A DNA stretch of 64,000 nucleotides from Coprothermobacterota bacterium (GTDB taxonomy: Bacteria > Coprothermobacterota > Coprothermobacteria > Coprothermobacterales > Coprothermobacteraceae), in assembly GCA_036679065.1 (NCBI GenBank), contig JAZIGN010000003.1:576001-640000 (forward strand). The letters are read 5' to 3'. The translations under genes and the position numbers were made by a program. The notes below the pieces were generated by a model that was not told where the DNA came from, did no database searches, and saw only the letters and a list, made by a program, of their open reading frames with translations. Shown here in pieces: positions 8,544 to 18,412 of the stretch (the first letter of the stretch is position 1; every line of letters starts with the position of its first letter).

Positions 8544-8747
8544 ATGTACACAGGAACAGTTAAGTGGTTTGACGCGAAGAAGGGCTACGGGTTCATTACC
8601 CGCGATGATGGTGAAGGAGACGTTTTCGTTCACTTCTCAGCAATTGAAGGAAACGGATTCAAGTCACTGGACCAAGGCGATAAGGTCGAATTTGAAATCG
8701 TTAATGGTCCAAAAGGTCCTCAGGCAGCCAAAGTCGTAAAAAAGTAG
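8544..8747 (+). CDS. csp: Cold-shock protein, copy 2
   Basis: Same RNP1/RNP2 motifs; AGGAGG RBS; own TATAAT at 8489-8494. Confidence 0.96.
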   Translation: MYTGTVKWFDAKKGYGFITRDDGEGDVFVHFSAIEGNGFKSLDQGDKVEFEIVNGPKGPQAAKVVKK

Positions 8748-8774
8748 ACATCGAGATAGTCTGAGCAACCTAAG

Positions 8775-8809
8775 AAGAAGCCCCACATACTTCGGTGTGG
8801 GGCTTCTTT
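8775..8809. terminator. Intrinsic terminator, probably bidirectional
   Basis: aagaagccccaca...tgtggggcttctt hairpin between convergent genes. Confidence 0.8.
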
Positions 8810-8850
8810 ATTGGGTAAGTAAGAGGGGACCATTTACAACTGCATTATCC

Positions 8851-9966
8851 TCAGAACCACCTAGGCTTTTTCACGCTTATTGTTCTTCCTTTCCAAGAGG
8901 TGTTTCCTTGGAGCCCTGTGATTATTGAGTGAAATCCTATAAGAGAATTGACTAAGTTAATCAAAGGATAATAAAAAACGATGTGCCTTGGGAGTTTGTA
9001 GTGGAGGGATGTTTCATACCAGATCAGCATGGTCATGCAAATTATCTCCAAGGCTAAAAGCCTGTGTGCTGGTTCTAACAATGAGAACAAAGGGTAAATT
9101 CCAACTATTAACATCCATGTCCACACAAACAGTGAAGGAATTATCCTCATTCCAAACAAAGCGAAATAACTCTTAGACAGGCCTTTGAATGCTTCTCTAA
9201 AGCCTCGGTACATACGGCAAGAAACTAAGTTTGACAGGTTATACATGCCTACCTTCATCCCATGCTTGCAGACAAGTTTGGATAACTCGATGTCTTCTAC
9301 GATCTCTTCCTTTACAGCAGCATGGCCACCTATCTGCTCGTAAGCGCATCTTTTGAACATCAAAAACTGGCCATTAGCCACACTAAACATGTTGAAAACG
9401 GGTGACAAGTAGTTAAGAAAGATAGGGAAAATGGAAACTATACTGTAGTTCATGAACGGTACGGTAATTCTTTCACCAAAGGTCGTGATGAGTTCTCTTG
9501 GTATCCCTGATGCGAAGCTCAGATTCCGTCGTTCCATCTCTTGTACCATTGTACTGATCATGTTAGAAGAGTGAATAGTGTCAGCGTCGGTAAAGATGAC
9601 GATTTCTCCCGTAGAATTCAGAAACAACCTGTAACAAGCCCAATTCTTTCCAGTCCAACCCTCTGGGAGAACATCTTTTGATTCTATGACCTTAAGCTTT
9701 TCGCTGTTTATGTTTTTTAGCACTGTGGTTGTTCCGTCCTCTGAGCTGTCATTCAATACCACGATTTCATAGTTAGGGTAATCCTGCATTAAAAGTGATT
9801 GCACACATTGACCAATGTTTTCTTCTTCGTTTCTAGCCGGGATCAGAACTGAGACTCTTGGTGTGCCAACGGTGTCTTCCTGTTGTCTTGGGATTCTAAT
9901 TAGGAAACCGTTTATTATGCTGTTTAGGAACTGATACAAAACAAATATGAAAAGGCCTCTCATCAT
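8851..9966 (-). CDS. GT2 glycosyltransferase (CrtQ/HpnB-like, membrane-bound)
   Basis: VSVLIPARNEE, LPEGWTGKNWAC, FTDAD, ANGQF, GGH.AVK.EIVED and CRMY motifs. Confidence 0.85.
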   Translation of the reverse strand: MMRGLFIFVLYQFLNSIINGFLIRIPRQQEDTVGTPRVSVLIPARNEEENIGQCVQSLLMQDYPNYEIVVLNDSSEDGTTTVLKNINSEKLKVIESKDVLPEGWTGKNWACYRLFLNSTGEIVIFTDADTIHSSNMISTMVQEMERRNLSFASGIPRELITTFGERITVPFMNYSIVSIFPIFLNYLSPVFNMFSVANGQFLMFKRCAYEQIGGHAAVKEEIVEDIELSKLVCKHGMKVGMYNLSNLVSCRMYRGFREAFKGLSKSYFALFGMRIIPSLFVWTWMLIVGIYPLFSLLEPAHRLLALEIICMTMLIWYETSLHYKLPRHIVFYYPLINLVNSLIGFHSIITGLQGNTSWKGRTISVKKPRWF

Positions 9967-10544
9967 ATACCAAACACTTCTCTAAACTGAGCTGCAATAA
10001 GCAATATAGAATTGATCACAGCTAGGGCAAAAAGCTTGTGGTTGTGAAATGTAAGAAAAACAAGGAGGGGTAACATGAGAGAGGCAATAACCACAGTTAG
10101 TTTGTCGTTATTAGTAGAGCCTTTGGAGAAGTGCTTTAGAATTATGGAAAGAGTAAAGAAAGAGCCCAAGAAAACAGGTACTTCCCACAGCATCAAACCA
10201 GACCATATCCCGAAAGTAGTTGTTATGCCTTTTCCGCCCTTAAACTTAAGCAGTGGAGTAAATATGTGTCCAACTACAGGAGCGATACACACAAGGACAA
10301 ATGCGACAGGCGAAAGATCATATGTGCTGGTTAACATGAATACCGGAATTGCCCCTTTCAAGAAGTCCAATGCCAAAGAGGGAATCCCTAATGCTACCCC
10401 TCCCGCTTTGAAACTGTTGGTAGGCCCAGGGTTATGATCTTCGCCAAAATCTCTTACATCTTTGCCGAACAACAATCCCAGAAGGTAAGAGAAAGGCACT
10501 GCACCACACAAGAAAGAAAGAAAAAACAAAATCATGTTTACCAT
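9963..10544 (-). CDS. plsY: Glycerol-3-phosphate acyltransferase PlsY-like
   Basis: GAVPFS, DVR..G..NPGPTN, DFLKG and GHIF...FKGGKG motifs. Confidence 0.8.
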   Translation of the reverse strand: MVNMILFFLSFLCGAVPFSYLLGLLFGKDVRDFGEDHNPGPTNSFKAGGVALGIPSLALDFLKGAIPVFMLTSTYDLSPVAFVLVCIAPVVGHIFTPLLKFKGGKGITTTFGIWSGLMLWEVPVFLGSFFTLSIILKHFSKGSTNNDKLTVVIASLMLPLLVFLTFHNHKLFALAVINSILLIAAQFREVFGI

Positions 10545-10712
10545 GATTGTTTTTATTCTAACAAATTAGGCATGGTACCACGGCAGACTAAGCTACTTCT
10601 GCAGTAGTAAACCAAATTCAACCAACTGTGAGTACGTTTTTTGATGTTCTTGTTCCACCTGCCACAGTCATGTTGTATTGTGGTAGAGCTGTTTAACCAA
10701 GAAACATAAAAC

Positions 10713-11828
10713 CTAACCAAAGAATTTTCTTACTACCGGTAGAAAGTTGGATGGGTCTTGTTTTATGGTGGTCAAATCGTCCAAGAGATGATCTTGATTC
10801 CGTAATGTAAATTTATATAAGCGTTTCAAAGTACTTTGGGACACAAATTTATCCCAGAGGTTTCTCAATGTTGCCTGCTGTTTTAAGTATTTGGTTACGC
10901 CTAAGGTCCTTAAAAGCTGCGCATAGGAATCGCCCACATGGGGCTGCTCCACAGCTTTAGCAGCTGCAATGCCTGATTTTACAGCTGTTTGTATGCCGTC
11001 ACCAAGGAACGGTCCACACAATCCTGCAGCATCACCCAATAGGATGACATCCTCTTTGAAAGGTGTTCGAACAGGCCCGGAGGTTGGGATCGCCCCTCCT
11101 TTGTAATCAAGCAAAGGGCCGTCAAAGGAAAAGTACTGTTTCATCATACTTTGAGCATCTGCTCTTTTAAGAGGTTTCTTGGATGCTAGACCAATTCGAA
11201 CAGTCTCTCCATTTACGGGAAACATCCATATACCATAGGCTCTTGAAACGGACGGGTCCACTATGAAGGTTATGAAGTTGTCAGCCAAGGGTTGGTTAAT
11301 GCTCCATTCATAGCCGTAAAGCCAGTCCTTAACTAATGGCAACCCAGCCGATTTGGCTACTTTGGAAAGTGCCCCGTCAGCGCCAAACAACAGATTGTAA
11401 CGTATGCTCATTTCCCTGGAACTGGCTTGTACCTTAGCAGTTTTGTTTTCGGATTGCATAAAAGAGCAGCCCAGAGCCAAAATGAAAGAATGAGGAAGAT
11501 GCTCCTGAGCTGCTGAAAAGAAAGAATTCTTGTCCAGGAGGAATAAGAAAGGTTCTCTTGAACTTAACAGTACCTCGCCGACCCCTTTGAAGACTACTTT
11601 CATAGAGCTGAATGCTCTTTGAATGGGTATGTCAAAGGAAAATACCTCTTCAAGTAAGCTAAGCGTGGGCGGAGTTATTAGGCCAGTGGATGGGCTCCAT
11701 AGACGGGCCTTTCTCTCTACTATGACTGATCTTGAGTCCTGGTACTTGGTTGAGTAAGCCAAGGATAACCCGCTAAAACCTGCACCAACAACCAGTAAGT
11801 CACTGCTGTTAGTGGGCTGGAGTTCCAT
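10713..11828 (-). CDS. FAD-dependent oxidoreductase, geranylgeranyl reductase family
   Basis: VVGAGFSG, GADG..SKVA, YGIWMFP and LLGDAAG...PF.GDGI motifs. Confidence 0.8.
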   Translation of the reverse strand: MELQPTNSSDLLVVGAGFSGLSLAYSTKYQDSRSVIVERKARLWSPSTGLITPPTLSLLEEVFSFDIPIQRAFSSMKVVFKGVGEVLLSSREPFLFLLDKNSFFSAAQEHLPHSFILALGCSFMQSENKTAKVQASSREMSIRYNLLFGADGALSKVAKSAGLPLVKDWLYGYEWSINQPLADNFITFIVDPSVSRAYGIWMFPVNGETVRIGLASKKPLKRADAQSMMKQYFSFDGPLLDYKGGAIPTSGPVRTPFKEDVILLGDAAGLCGPFLGDGIQTAVKSGIAAAKAVEQPHVGDSYAQLLRTLGVTKYLKQQATLRNLWDKFVSQSTLKRLYKFTLRNQDHLLDDLTTIKQDPSNFLPVVRKFFG

Positions 11829-12561
11829 AGTTCTTAAGTAATATTGGCAGCGCCTTGCTTAGCGCATCCATATCGCGTTCCTTGGAGTGCAGTAATATGA
11901 TACTTCCTTTTGGAGCACTTGTTATATACTTTGCACGTTCTTCCACTGACAGGTTCTTACCGTTTGGTTCCGTAATCACGTTCCACAGCATTATCTTGTA
12001 ATTGGTCTCTTTGCAAATTCTCATGGTATTTTTGTCATAAAAACCACCTGGTGGACGGAAGTACTTAACATCAGGTCTTTTTTGATTTGCCAGCTTATAA
12101 ACATCGTCTATCACACGGTCGGCGGAAACAATCTCATCTCTTTCCTTCTCCGCAGTGGTATTTCGGAAATAAACATGGTGGTAGGTGTGGTTGTGTACTT
12201 CGCATCCCAAGTCAATCAACTGTGCAAAAAGATCTTCGTTTTCCTTTAGAGCCGCTCCATAGGGAAATAGTAAACAGGTGAAAGACGCACCATACTGTTT
12301 TTTAAGTGCAATAAGTTTCTTTAAAGCTGGACGGGAATATCCGTCATCCACTGTGATAGTAAAAGGTTTACTGTGGTCTACAAAGATTACGTCAGAAGAT
12401 GATGGCACTGGTGGTGGTCTATGGTCTGTATTAGTAATAACTGTATTTGTGTCCGGTAGGCCTGAGAAAGCCAAATGAACCAGAGGTTGTGCCGAAACTG
12501 GTTGTGCCATGAGTGACAACGCAAATAACACACAAAAACAGTGAATCAAAATCTTCTTCAT
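11809..12561 (-). CDS. Secreted polysaccharide deacetylase (NodB/CE4)
   Basis: Signal peptide; TVDDG, HNHTYHH, FRPPGG and IILLH motifs. Confidence 0.85.
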   Translation of the reverse strand: MKKILIHCFCVLFALSLMAQPVSAQPLVHLAFSGLPDTNTVITNTDHRPPPVPSSSDVIFVDHSKPFTITVDDGYSRPALKKLIALKKQYGASFTCLLFPYGAALKENEDLFAQLIDLGCEVHNHTYHHVYFRNTTAEKERDEIVSADRVIDDVYKLANQKRPDVKYFRPPGGFYDKNTMRICKETNYKIMLWNVITEPNGKNLSVEERAKYITSAPKGSIILLHSKERDMDALSKALPILLKNYGTPAH

Positions 12562-12610
12562 AAGACAATTCTAACATTAGCCACGTCTATAACAATGTAG
12601 AATATTTTAC

Positions 12611-13453
12611 ATGGCGATAAGAAGGATGGAGATAAACCTAAAGGATTTTTCTTACATAAAGATTGGTCCTCAATCGTGGGTTTGGTCTGTAAACAATTCA
12701 CTTGAAGTCCTAAAAGATCCTGCCTTCGTACTGGACAAACTGGTATTGGGTAACTGTTCGAAACTACTGCTTCCCAACAGGCTTGAAGAAGCCTTCTTAA
12801 ACGTGGATCAAGAGCCTGTAATTGAACATAGTGAGGGCTTAGTGCATGTGTCCAGTGGAACAAAGCTCAGTAACTTACTTCAATACGCCATGGGAAATGG
12901 ACTTGGGGGACTTGACTTCATGGCAGGTATCCCCGGTACCGTAGGTGGCTTAGTATGGATGAATGGCGGTTCTTTTGGCAAGCATGTGTGGAGCCAGATT
13001 TACGAAATTAGGGCTATTACGTCTTCAGGTGAGGTAATTTGGCTAAGACCAGAGGACGTTGAGGCTGAGTACCGAAACAGCCATTTGCATAGGCTTGGAG
13101 TGAAGTTTGTTGTGGATGCGTTTCTTTACTACAAGCATGAAGACAAGGAGGAGGTCAAAGAGCAAATACTTCGCAACATCGAATACAGAAAAAGAAGGCA
13201 TCCAGTTGAGTATCCCAGCTTAGGGAGTACGTTCAAGAATTCCAAAGGCTACAAAGCATGGGAACTTTTGACGGAAGTTGGTATGGCTGGCTACCGTATA
13301 GGAGATGCTATGTTTTCAACGAAACATGCAAACTTCATAATAAACCTGGGAAATGCCACTCGTGAGGACGTTCTTCGCCTTATTGAGTTGGGGCAGGCAC
13401 GTGTTTACAGGCGTTTCGGCATTTGGTTGGAACCTGAGATTGTCATTCTATAA
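12611..13453 (+). CDS. murB: UDP-N-acetylenolpyruvoylglucosamine reductase
   Basis: GIPGTVGG..MNGG, YRNS, PSLGSTFKN, HANFIIN and LEPEI motifs. Confidence 0.92.
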   Translation: MAIRRMEINLKDFSYIKIGPQSWVWSVNNSLEVLKDPAFVLDKLVLGNCSKLLLPNRLEEAFLNVDQEPVIEHSEGLVHVSSGTKLSNLLQYAMGNGLGGLDFMAGIPGTVGGLVWMNGGSFGKHVWSQIYEIRAITSSGEVIWLRPEDVEAEYRNSHLHRLGVKFVVDAFLYYKHEDKEEVKEQILRNIEYRKRRHPVEYPSLGSTFKNSKGYKAWELLTEVGMAGYRIGDAMFSTKHANFIINLGNATREDVLRLIELGQARVYRRFGIWLEPEIVIL

Positions 13454-13470
13454 AAGAAGGAAGTAAGTTC

Positions 13471-14139
13471 TCAATCTTTTCTCTGATCTTTAGGTCCCAT
13501 GTGCCTTATATCGCTACCCTCTACCAAGAAAAACGTCTCCTCAGCAATGTTGGTGGCTAAATCGGAAATGCGCTCCAAATCCTTGCTTGTGAATATGAGA
13601 TCCAATGCTTTATTTATGTTTCTGGGGTCCGCCAGTATGTATGAGATAAGTTCTCTGATTATTTGCTCTTGAAGCTGATCTACCAATACATCCTTTTCAA
13701 TGGCTTGTTTTGCCAGTTGAGTATCTTCCTTGAAAAAGCTATCTAGAGCTTCCTTGGTGATTTCCTGGGCTGTTTCAGCCATGCGCGGCAGATCTATGAG
13801 AGGTTTCAATAGTGGCTCTTTTATGATTTCCTTAGCTCTTCGCGCAATGTTTTCACAATGGTCTCCCATGCGTTCAAGATCTTTATCTATTTTTAGGACA
13901 GCTACCACCCGTCTTAAGTCGTGTGCCACGGGTTGGTACCTTGCCAAGGTTATCAAACATTCTTCATCTATACGTTTTTCCAGCTCATTTATTCGTGGTT
14001 CCAAGTCGTCTATGACTTGATCGGCATCGGTGGGATCTTTCTCAACCATCGTTCTTATGGCTTTTACTATGGCGTCTTCAACCAAGCCACCCATTTCGGA
14101 GAGCAAACTGTTAATCTCTGATACTCTTTCGTTTAGCAC
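13471..14139 (-). CDS. phoU: Phosphate signaling protein PhoU
   Basis: QPVAHDLR, DLERMGDH.ENIA, second repeat LERISDLATNIAE; follows pstB. Confidence 0.95.
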   Translation of the reverse strand: MLNERVSEINSLLSEMGGLVEDAIVKAIRTMVEKDPTDADQVIDDLEPRINELEKRIDEECLITLARYQPVAHDLRRVVAVLKIDKDLERMGDHCENIARRAKEIIKEPLLKPLIDLPRMAETAQEITKEALDSFFKEDTQLAKQAIEKDVLVDQLQEQIIRELISYILADPRNINKALDLIFTSKDLERISDLATNIAEETFFLVEGSDIRHMGPKDQRKD

Positions 14140-14152
14140 GGGAATCAGCCTC

Positions 14153-14902
14153 CTAACCGAATTTCCCTGTTACGTACCTTTGAGTTCTCTCGTCTTTAGG
14201 ATTTGTGAAAATGATGTCTGTCTTGTTGAATTCTACTAGATAGCCACTTAGGAAAAAGGCCGTAAAGTCGGAAACGCGAGCTGCTTGGTACATGTTATGA
14301 GTAACTAAGACTATGGTATAGTTCTTCTTTAATTCCAGAATGAGTTCTTCTACTCGTGATGTAGCTGCAGGATCCAGAGCGCTGGTTGGTTCGTCCATCA
14401 GTAAGACCTCAGGATCCACAGCAATGGCTCTTGCAATACACAGTCGTTGTTGCTGTCCTCCTGACAAGTCGAAGGCATTACTGTTCAGCCTGTTCTGCAC
14501 TTCTTCCCATAGTCCTGCTGCTATGAGGGCTGATTTCACTTTTTCTTGCAAGCGGTGTTTATCTTTAATGCCTTGTAAGCGGAGGCCGTAAGCCACGTTG
14601 TCAAAAATACTCATGGGGAAAGGATTTGGTTTTTGAAAGACCATTCCGACCCGACGCCTTAGAATAATAGGATCCATGTGATATATGTTCTCCCCGCCTA
14701 AAAGTACTTCGCCTTCCAATCTAAAATTTGGCGACAGGTCGTTTAGCCTGTTCAAGGTTCTAAGGAACGTGGTTTTTCCGCATCCTGAAGGTCCTATGAT
14801 GGCAGTAACAGATTTTTCCTCGATGCCTAAACTCACATTGTGTAGTATTTGCGTGTTTCCGAAATAAACGCTCACGTCGCGCGCTTCGATTTTCAGAGCC
14901 AT
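14153..14902 (-). CDS. pstB: Phosphate ABC transporter ATPase
   Basis: [46 protein letters not shown]. Confidence 0.96.
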   Translation of the reverse strand: MALKIEARDVSVYFGNTQILHNVSLGIEEKSVTAIIGPSGCGKTTFLRTLNRLNDLSPNFRLEGEVLLGGENIYHMDPIILRRRVGMVFQKPNPFPMSIFDNVAYGLRLQGIKDKHRLQEKVKSALIAAGLWEEVQNRLNSNAFDLSGGQQQRLCIARAIAVDPEVLLMDEPTSALDPAATSRVEELILELKKNYTIVLVTHNMYQAARVSDFTAFFLSGYLVEFNKTDIIFTNPKDERTQRYVTGKFG

Positions 14903-15735
14903 CGTTGAGTCCTCCTATTGTACATATAAGCAAGTATTCTGGCGAACAAGACCATCAAAAGCAAAACAAAACCAGAAGCGGCAGCAATAGGGAGTACCTC
15001 CGCAAACTTACTGTGCTGAGTTGCCAAAATGAAGATGTGATAAGGAAGCGCCATAAAGGTCTTAGTTGGATCTAATGTGACAGTTGGTTGGTAAAACACA
15101 ACTCCTGTTAGTAAAATGGGAGCTGTTTCACCCAAAGCCCTGCTTAGTGCTAAAAACAAACCTGAAGTTATTCCGCTGGACGCGTATTTAAATGAAACGT
15201 CTCTCCAAACTTCCCAAGAATTTGCACCCAAAGCGATGGCAGCTTCCTTCTGGGCATTGGGCACTAAACGAAGTGCCTCCTCAGTAGTCGTGATAATCAC
15301 AGGCAGGTTCATCACAGAAAGGGTCAATGCGGAGGCTAACAGCGAAAGTCCAAGGTTCATGAACCGTACAAAGAAAGCCAAGCCGAACAAACCGAATACA
15401 ATGGCAGGGACGCCGCTTAAAGTCCTTATGGAACTTCTGAGCAATCTGGTTAAAGTATTATCAGGTGCGAATTCTGCAAAATAAACACCTGCTAATACTC
15501 CGATGGGTGTCGATATGATGAGAACCCAAAGAGCCAAGTAAATTGAGCCGAACAACGGAGCAAACACACCGCCAGCGGTCATGCCACTAGTAGGATTGGT
15601 GAATAAAAAAGCTAAGGATAACTTCCCTGCTGATAGGGCATACAGGTGAATGGCTACCCAAATGACAAAGACGACCGCAGAAAAATATGCAATGGCGCTT
15701 AGCAGAACCCAGATTGAGTCGGAAGCTTTTTTCAT
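14893..15735 (-). CDS. pstA: Phosphate ABC transporter permease
   Basis: [20 protein letters not shown] loop, RALGETAP. Confidence 0.93.
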   Translation of the reverse strand: MKKASDSIWVLLSAIAYFSAVVFVIWVAIHLYALSAGKLSLAFLFTNPTSGMTAGGVFAPLFGSIYLALWVLIISTPIGVLAGVYFAEFAPDNTLTRLLRSSIRTLSGVPAIVFGLFGLAFFVRFMNLGLSLLASALTLSVMNLPVIITTTEEALRLVPNAQKEAAIALGANSWEVWRDVSFKYASSGITSGLFLALSRALGETAPILLTGVVFYQPTVTLDPTKTFMALPYHIFILATQHSKFAEVLPIAAASGFVLLLMVLFARILAYMYNRRTQRWL

Positions 15736-16637
15736 TGTATTTTCACCCTGATCTTGGAAGTTATGAGTCCAGAAAGGTAATTAACTAGGAGAGCTATTAG
15801 AAGCAAAAGAAAACCTATTAAGAACAAGACGTTGTAGTGCACCGAACCAGCTATGGTTTCTGGCATTTCTATGGCTAGCACTCCAGTCATGGTTTCTCCA
15901 GGTTGTAAAGGGGTTTTAGGTATCATGGCAACGTTTCCCACTGCCATAATGACTGCCATGGTTTCACCAATAGCGCGGCCAAAACTGAGTAGTACGCTGG
16001 AAATGAAAGCAGGTTTCACAAACTGAAACAAAACTCCCACTGCAGCTTGCCATTTTGAAGCACCGAGCGCCAATGCGCCCTCTTTATAAATTTCCGGTAT
16101 TTTTTGAAAAGCGTCACTAAGCACACTTACCATGGTGGGTAGTACCATTATAGCCAAGGTTATTCCGCCATTTAATATGGTCAAACCGCTACTTAAATGA
16201 AATACTCTAGCGATTAAGGGTGCGATAGTGGTTAGTGCGAGAAAGCCCATAATTACGGAAGGAATTCCAGCTAAAACACTAAAAAACAGATCTGTGGCTG
16301 AACGTATGGATTCTGTCATGTACTGACTTGAAAAAACAGCTGCCAAGAAGGATAAAGGTACGGATATTATCAGCGCAATGACAGTGGTCCAAAGTGAACC
16401 TGCAATGAAAGGTAATATGCCCCAGCTGCTACCTGAATAACCTTTGGGATTCCATTTCGCGCTGAGAAAAGCAGTCAATGGAACTTGGCTAAGGGCCTTG
16501 AATGCGGGAATGCACATAAAAAAGATTATAAGAACCACGCCCAGACTTGCCAGCACCGCGGCTGCAGCGCTGGCAAGTCGGAATGTTTTCTCTGCTGAGC
16601 TATTTGTTGAGTAGTTCCTCACTGATAGTCCTCTCAT
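15732..16637 (-). CDS. pstC: Phosphate ABC transporter permease
   Basis: LAGIPSVIMG, EGALALGASKW, GRAIGETMAV; start uncertain because it overlaps the pstS end. Confidence 0.93.
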   Translation of the reverse strand: MRGLSVRNYSTNSSAEKTFRLASAAAAVLASLGVVLIIFFMCIPAFKALSQVPLTAFLSAKWNPKGYSGSSWGILPFIAGSLWTTVIALIISVPLSFLAAVFSSQYMTESIRSATDLFFSVLAGIPSVIMGFLALTTIAPLIARVFHLSSGLTILNGGITLAIMVLPTMVSVLSDAFQKIPEIYKEGALALGASKWQAAVGVLFQFVKPAFISSVLLSFGRAIGETMAVIMAVGNVAMIPKTPLQPGETMTGVLAIEMPETIAGSVHYNVLFLIGFLLLLIALLVNYLSGLITSKIRVKIQ

Positions 16638-17508
16638 CAGGGCCTATGGGGTAAAACCCATTCTCTTCCACGATGGCTTGTCCTTCTTCGCTAATTTCAA
16701 AAGCTAGAAAATCTCTTACTGCTTGGGTAAGAGGTAACCTGACATACTGGTACAAGGGTCTGGCTAGTGGATATAGCTTATTATTGATGGCCTGCAGGTT
16801 AGTGGAGCTGTAGTAGTTTTCACCATCAGTAGAAAGGAGAACTTGTTTCACTTGATCTTCAGCCTGCTTGTAATACCCTACGCCTACGTAGCCAACAGCT
16901 GTTTCGTCTTGTGCCACGGCATTTATGATATCGCTATTACCATTCATGGATCTCATGCTTTGGGCATAATCTCCTTTTACCGCCACATCCCTGAAAAACG
17001 TGAATGTGCCACTGTTGCTTTGCCTTCCGTACAAGGTTATGGGAGAATCTTTTCCTCCCACTTCTTTCCAATTTGTAATTTCACCACGGTAAATTCTTCC
17101 AAGTTGATCCAAGGTAAGCTTTTCAACAGGGTTGTTGGGATTAACTATCACGGTTATGCCGTCTCTTGCGTCAATAAACGTGCCTATTTCAATGTTCTTT
17201 GCTTTTGCCTGATCCAACTCTTCTTGCGAGATCTCCCTGGAAGAGTTAGCTATGTCAATTTCTCCGTTAATGAGAGCGGCAATACCTGAGCCACTTCCGC
17301 CGCCTGAAACAGAAATGTTTACGTCGGGATGAGCATTGCGAAATTGCTCTGCTAGTGCTTGCACCATGTTTACCTCGGTATCTGAACCTTTTATGACAAT
17401 GGTCTTCGTCTCGTTACCTGCATTGCTGTTAGGTGCAGAGGTGCATCCAGCCAGAATCAGAGTTGCTACTAGGATGATGCCTATAACCCTGAGGTACTTT
17501 GCTTTCAT
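16600..17508 (-). CDS. pstS: Phosphate-binding lipoprotein
   Basis: Lipobox LAGC, KGSDT, GGGSGSG, SNSGT, YPLARPLY. Confidence 0.95.
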   Translation of the reverse strand: MKAKYLRVIGIILVATLILAGCTSAPNSNAGNETKTIVIKGSDTEVNMVQALAEQFRNAHPDVNISVSGGGSGSGIAALINGEIDIANSSREISQEELDQAKAKNIEIGTFIDARDGITVIVNPNNPVEKLTLDQLGRIYRGEITNWKEVGGKDSPITLYGRQSNSGTFTFFRDVAVKGDYAQSMRSMNGNSDIINAVAQDETAVGYVGVGYYKQAEDQVKQVLLSTDGENYYSSTNLQAINNKLYPLARPLYQYVRLPLTQAVRDFLAFEISEEGQAIVEENGFYPIGPDERTISEELLNK

Positions 17509-17536
17509 TTCATTACCTCCTTGTCTTAATCACTGT

Positions 17537-18412
17537 TTACATTCTAGGAAAGCTCGGTAAAGAAATGGTAAAGATGCAGCCGTGGGGTATGTTTGGTTGG
17601 TAATCAAGGGTTAAGTTATTCAATTCACATGCTTTCTTGGCGATAAATAATCCCAAGCCTACGCTCTTTGTGGTGTTGAAAGGAGTAAAGAGCTTGTCAA
17701 CTATTTGCGCTGGCAATCCAGGACCCTTATCTTCTACGCGTATTTGTCGTTCTTCGAGAAGAACTATGGGGTCTTTGCCGTAAGCAAGTGCATTGTCTAT
17801 TAGATTTCGGAGAGCCATAAGAAGAAGTTTTCTATTTACTTTCCACACGGCTTCGTGTGTCATTATAACCGGAACATCGAATATCTGTTTTATGGACTCT
17901 GCTATGTCACTAAGGCGAACATCTTCTGCTTGCAAAGTGTTTAAGCTGGTGAAATCTGTGAGCTGCTGAGAAAGCCTATCTAATCTGTTTATGCTTTCCT
18001 CAACTTTGGACATGTAAGGCTCACTTAAATAGTCCAGCGAAAGTGAAAGATTGTTTAAGGCGTTTCTGATCTCGTGAACAACGTGGTAAATAAGAATGTT
18101 TACTTGTTGGGTTTGCTCAACGGTGTATGTCACTTCACGTACTACGATAAGGAGGTTTTCTTCTCTAAAACGTTGTACTTGAAACGAGCGCTCCCGGGTT
18201 GGGCTCATGATGGAGAACACATCGCGAGTCAATAATGCTTCCCTGATATCTGCACGTCTAACGTTGACAGAAATAGGCGCATTAGGTATGAAGGAAAAGA
18301 ACGGTAGCTCGTTCATTTGTTTTGTGGCTAAGACGACCTTATTCTCATCGTCCATAATCAGAGCTGCCATGTTCAAGTTTTCAAGTATTTCTAGGTCACG
18401 GCTGGTAAACAT
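17537..18412 (-). CDS. Sensor histidine kinase, PhoR-like, no transmembrane segment
   Basis: H-box HEIRNAL, N-box NLIDNA, G1 DKGPGL, F-box LFTPF, G2 GLGL; sits in the pst operon context. Confidence 0.85.
   Translation of the reverse strand: MFTSRDLEILENLNMAALIMDDENKVVLATKQMNELPFFSFIPNAPISVNVRRADIREALLTRDVFSIMSPTRERSFQVQRFREENLLIVVREVTYTVEQTQQVNILIYHVVHEIRNALNNLSLSLDYLSEPYMSKVEESINRLDRLSQQLTDFTSLNTLQAEDVRLSDIAESIKQIFDVPVIMTHEAVWKVNRKLLLMALRNLIDNALAYGKDPIVLLEERQIRVEDKGPGLPAQIVDKLFTPFNTTKSVGLGLFIAKKACELNNLTLDYQPNIPHGCIFTISLPSFPRM
17541..17574 (-). promoter_or_regulatory. Putative pho-box promoter for pstS inside the 3' end of the kinase gene
   Basis: Minus-strand TCTTTACC-att-TCTTTACC (11-bp period), 9 nt upstream of TAGAAT. 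Confidence 0.6.

Noticed and set aside
10545..10712. 168-bp intergenic gap as a possible ncRNA
   Set aside because: No convincing stem-loop or known motif; it contains a plausible plsY -10 (TAGAAT on the minus strand).
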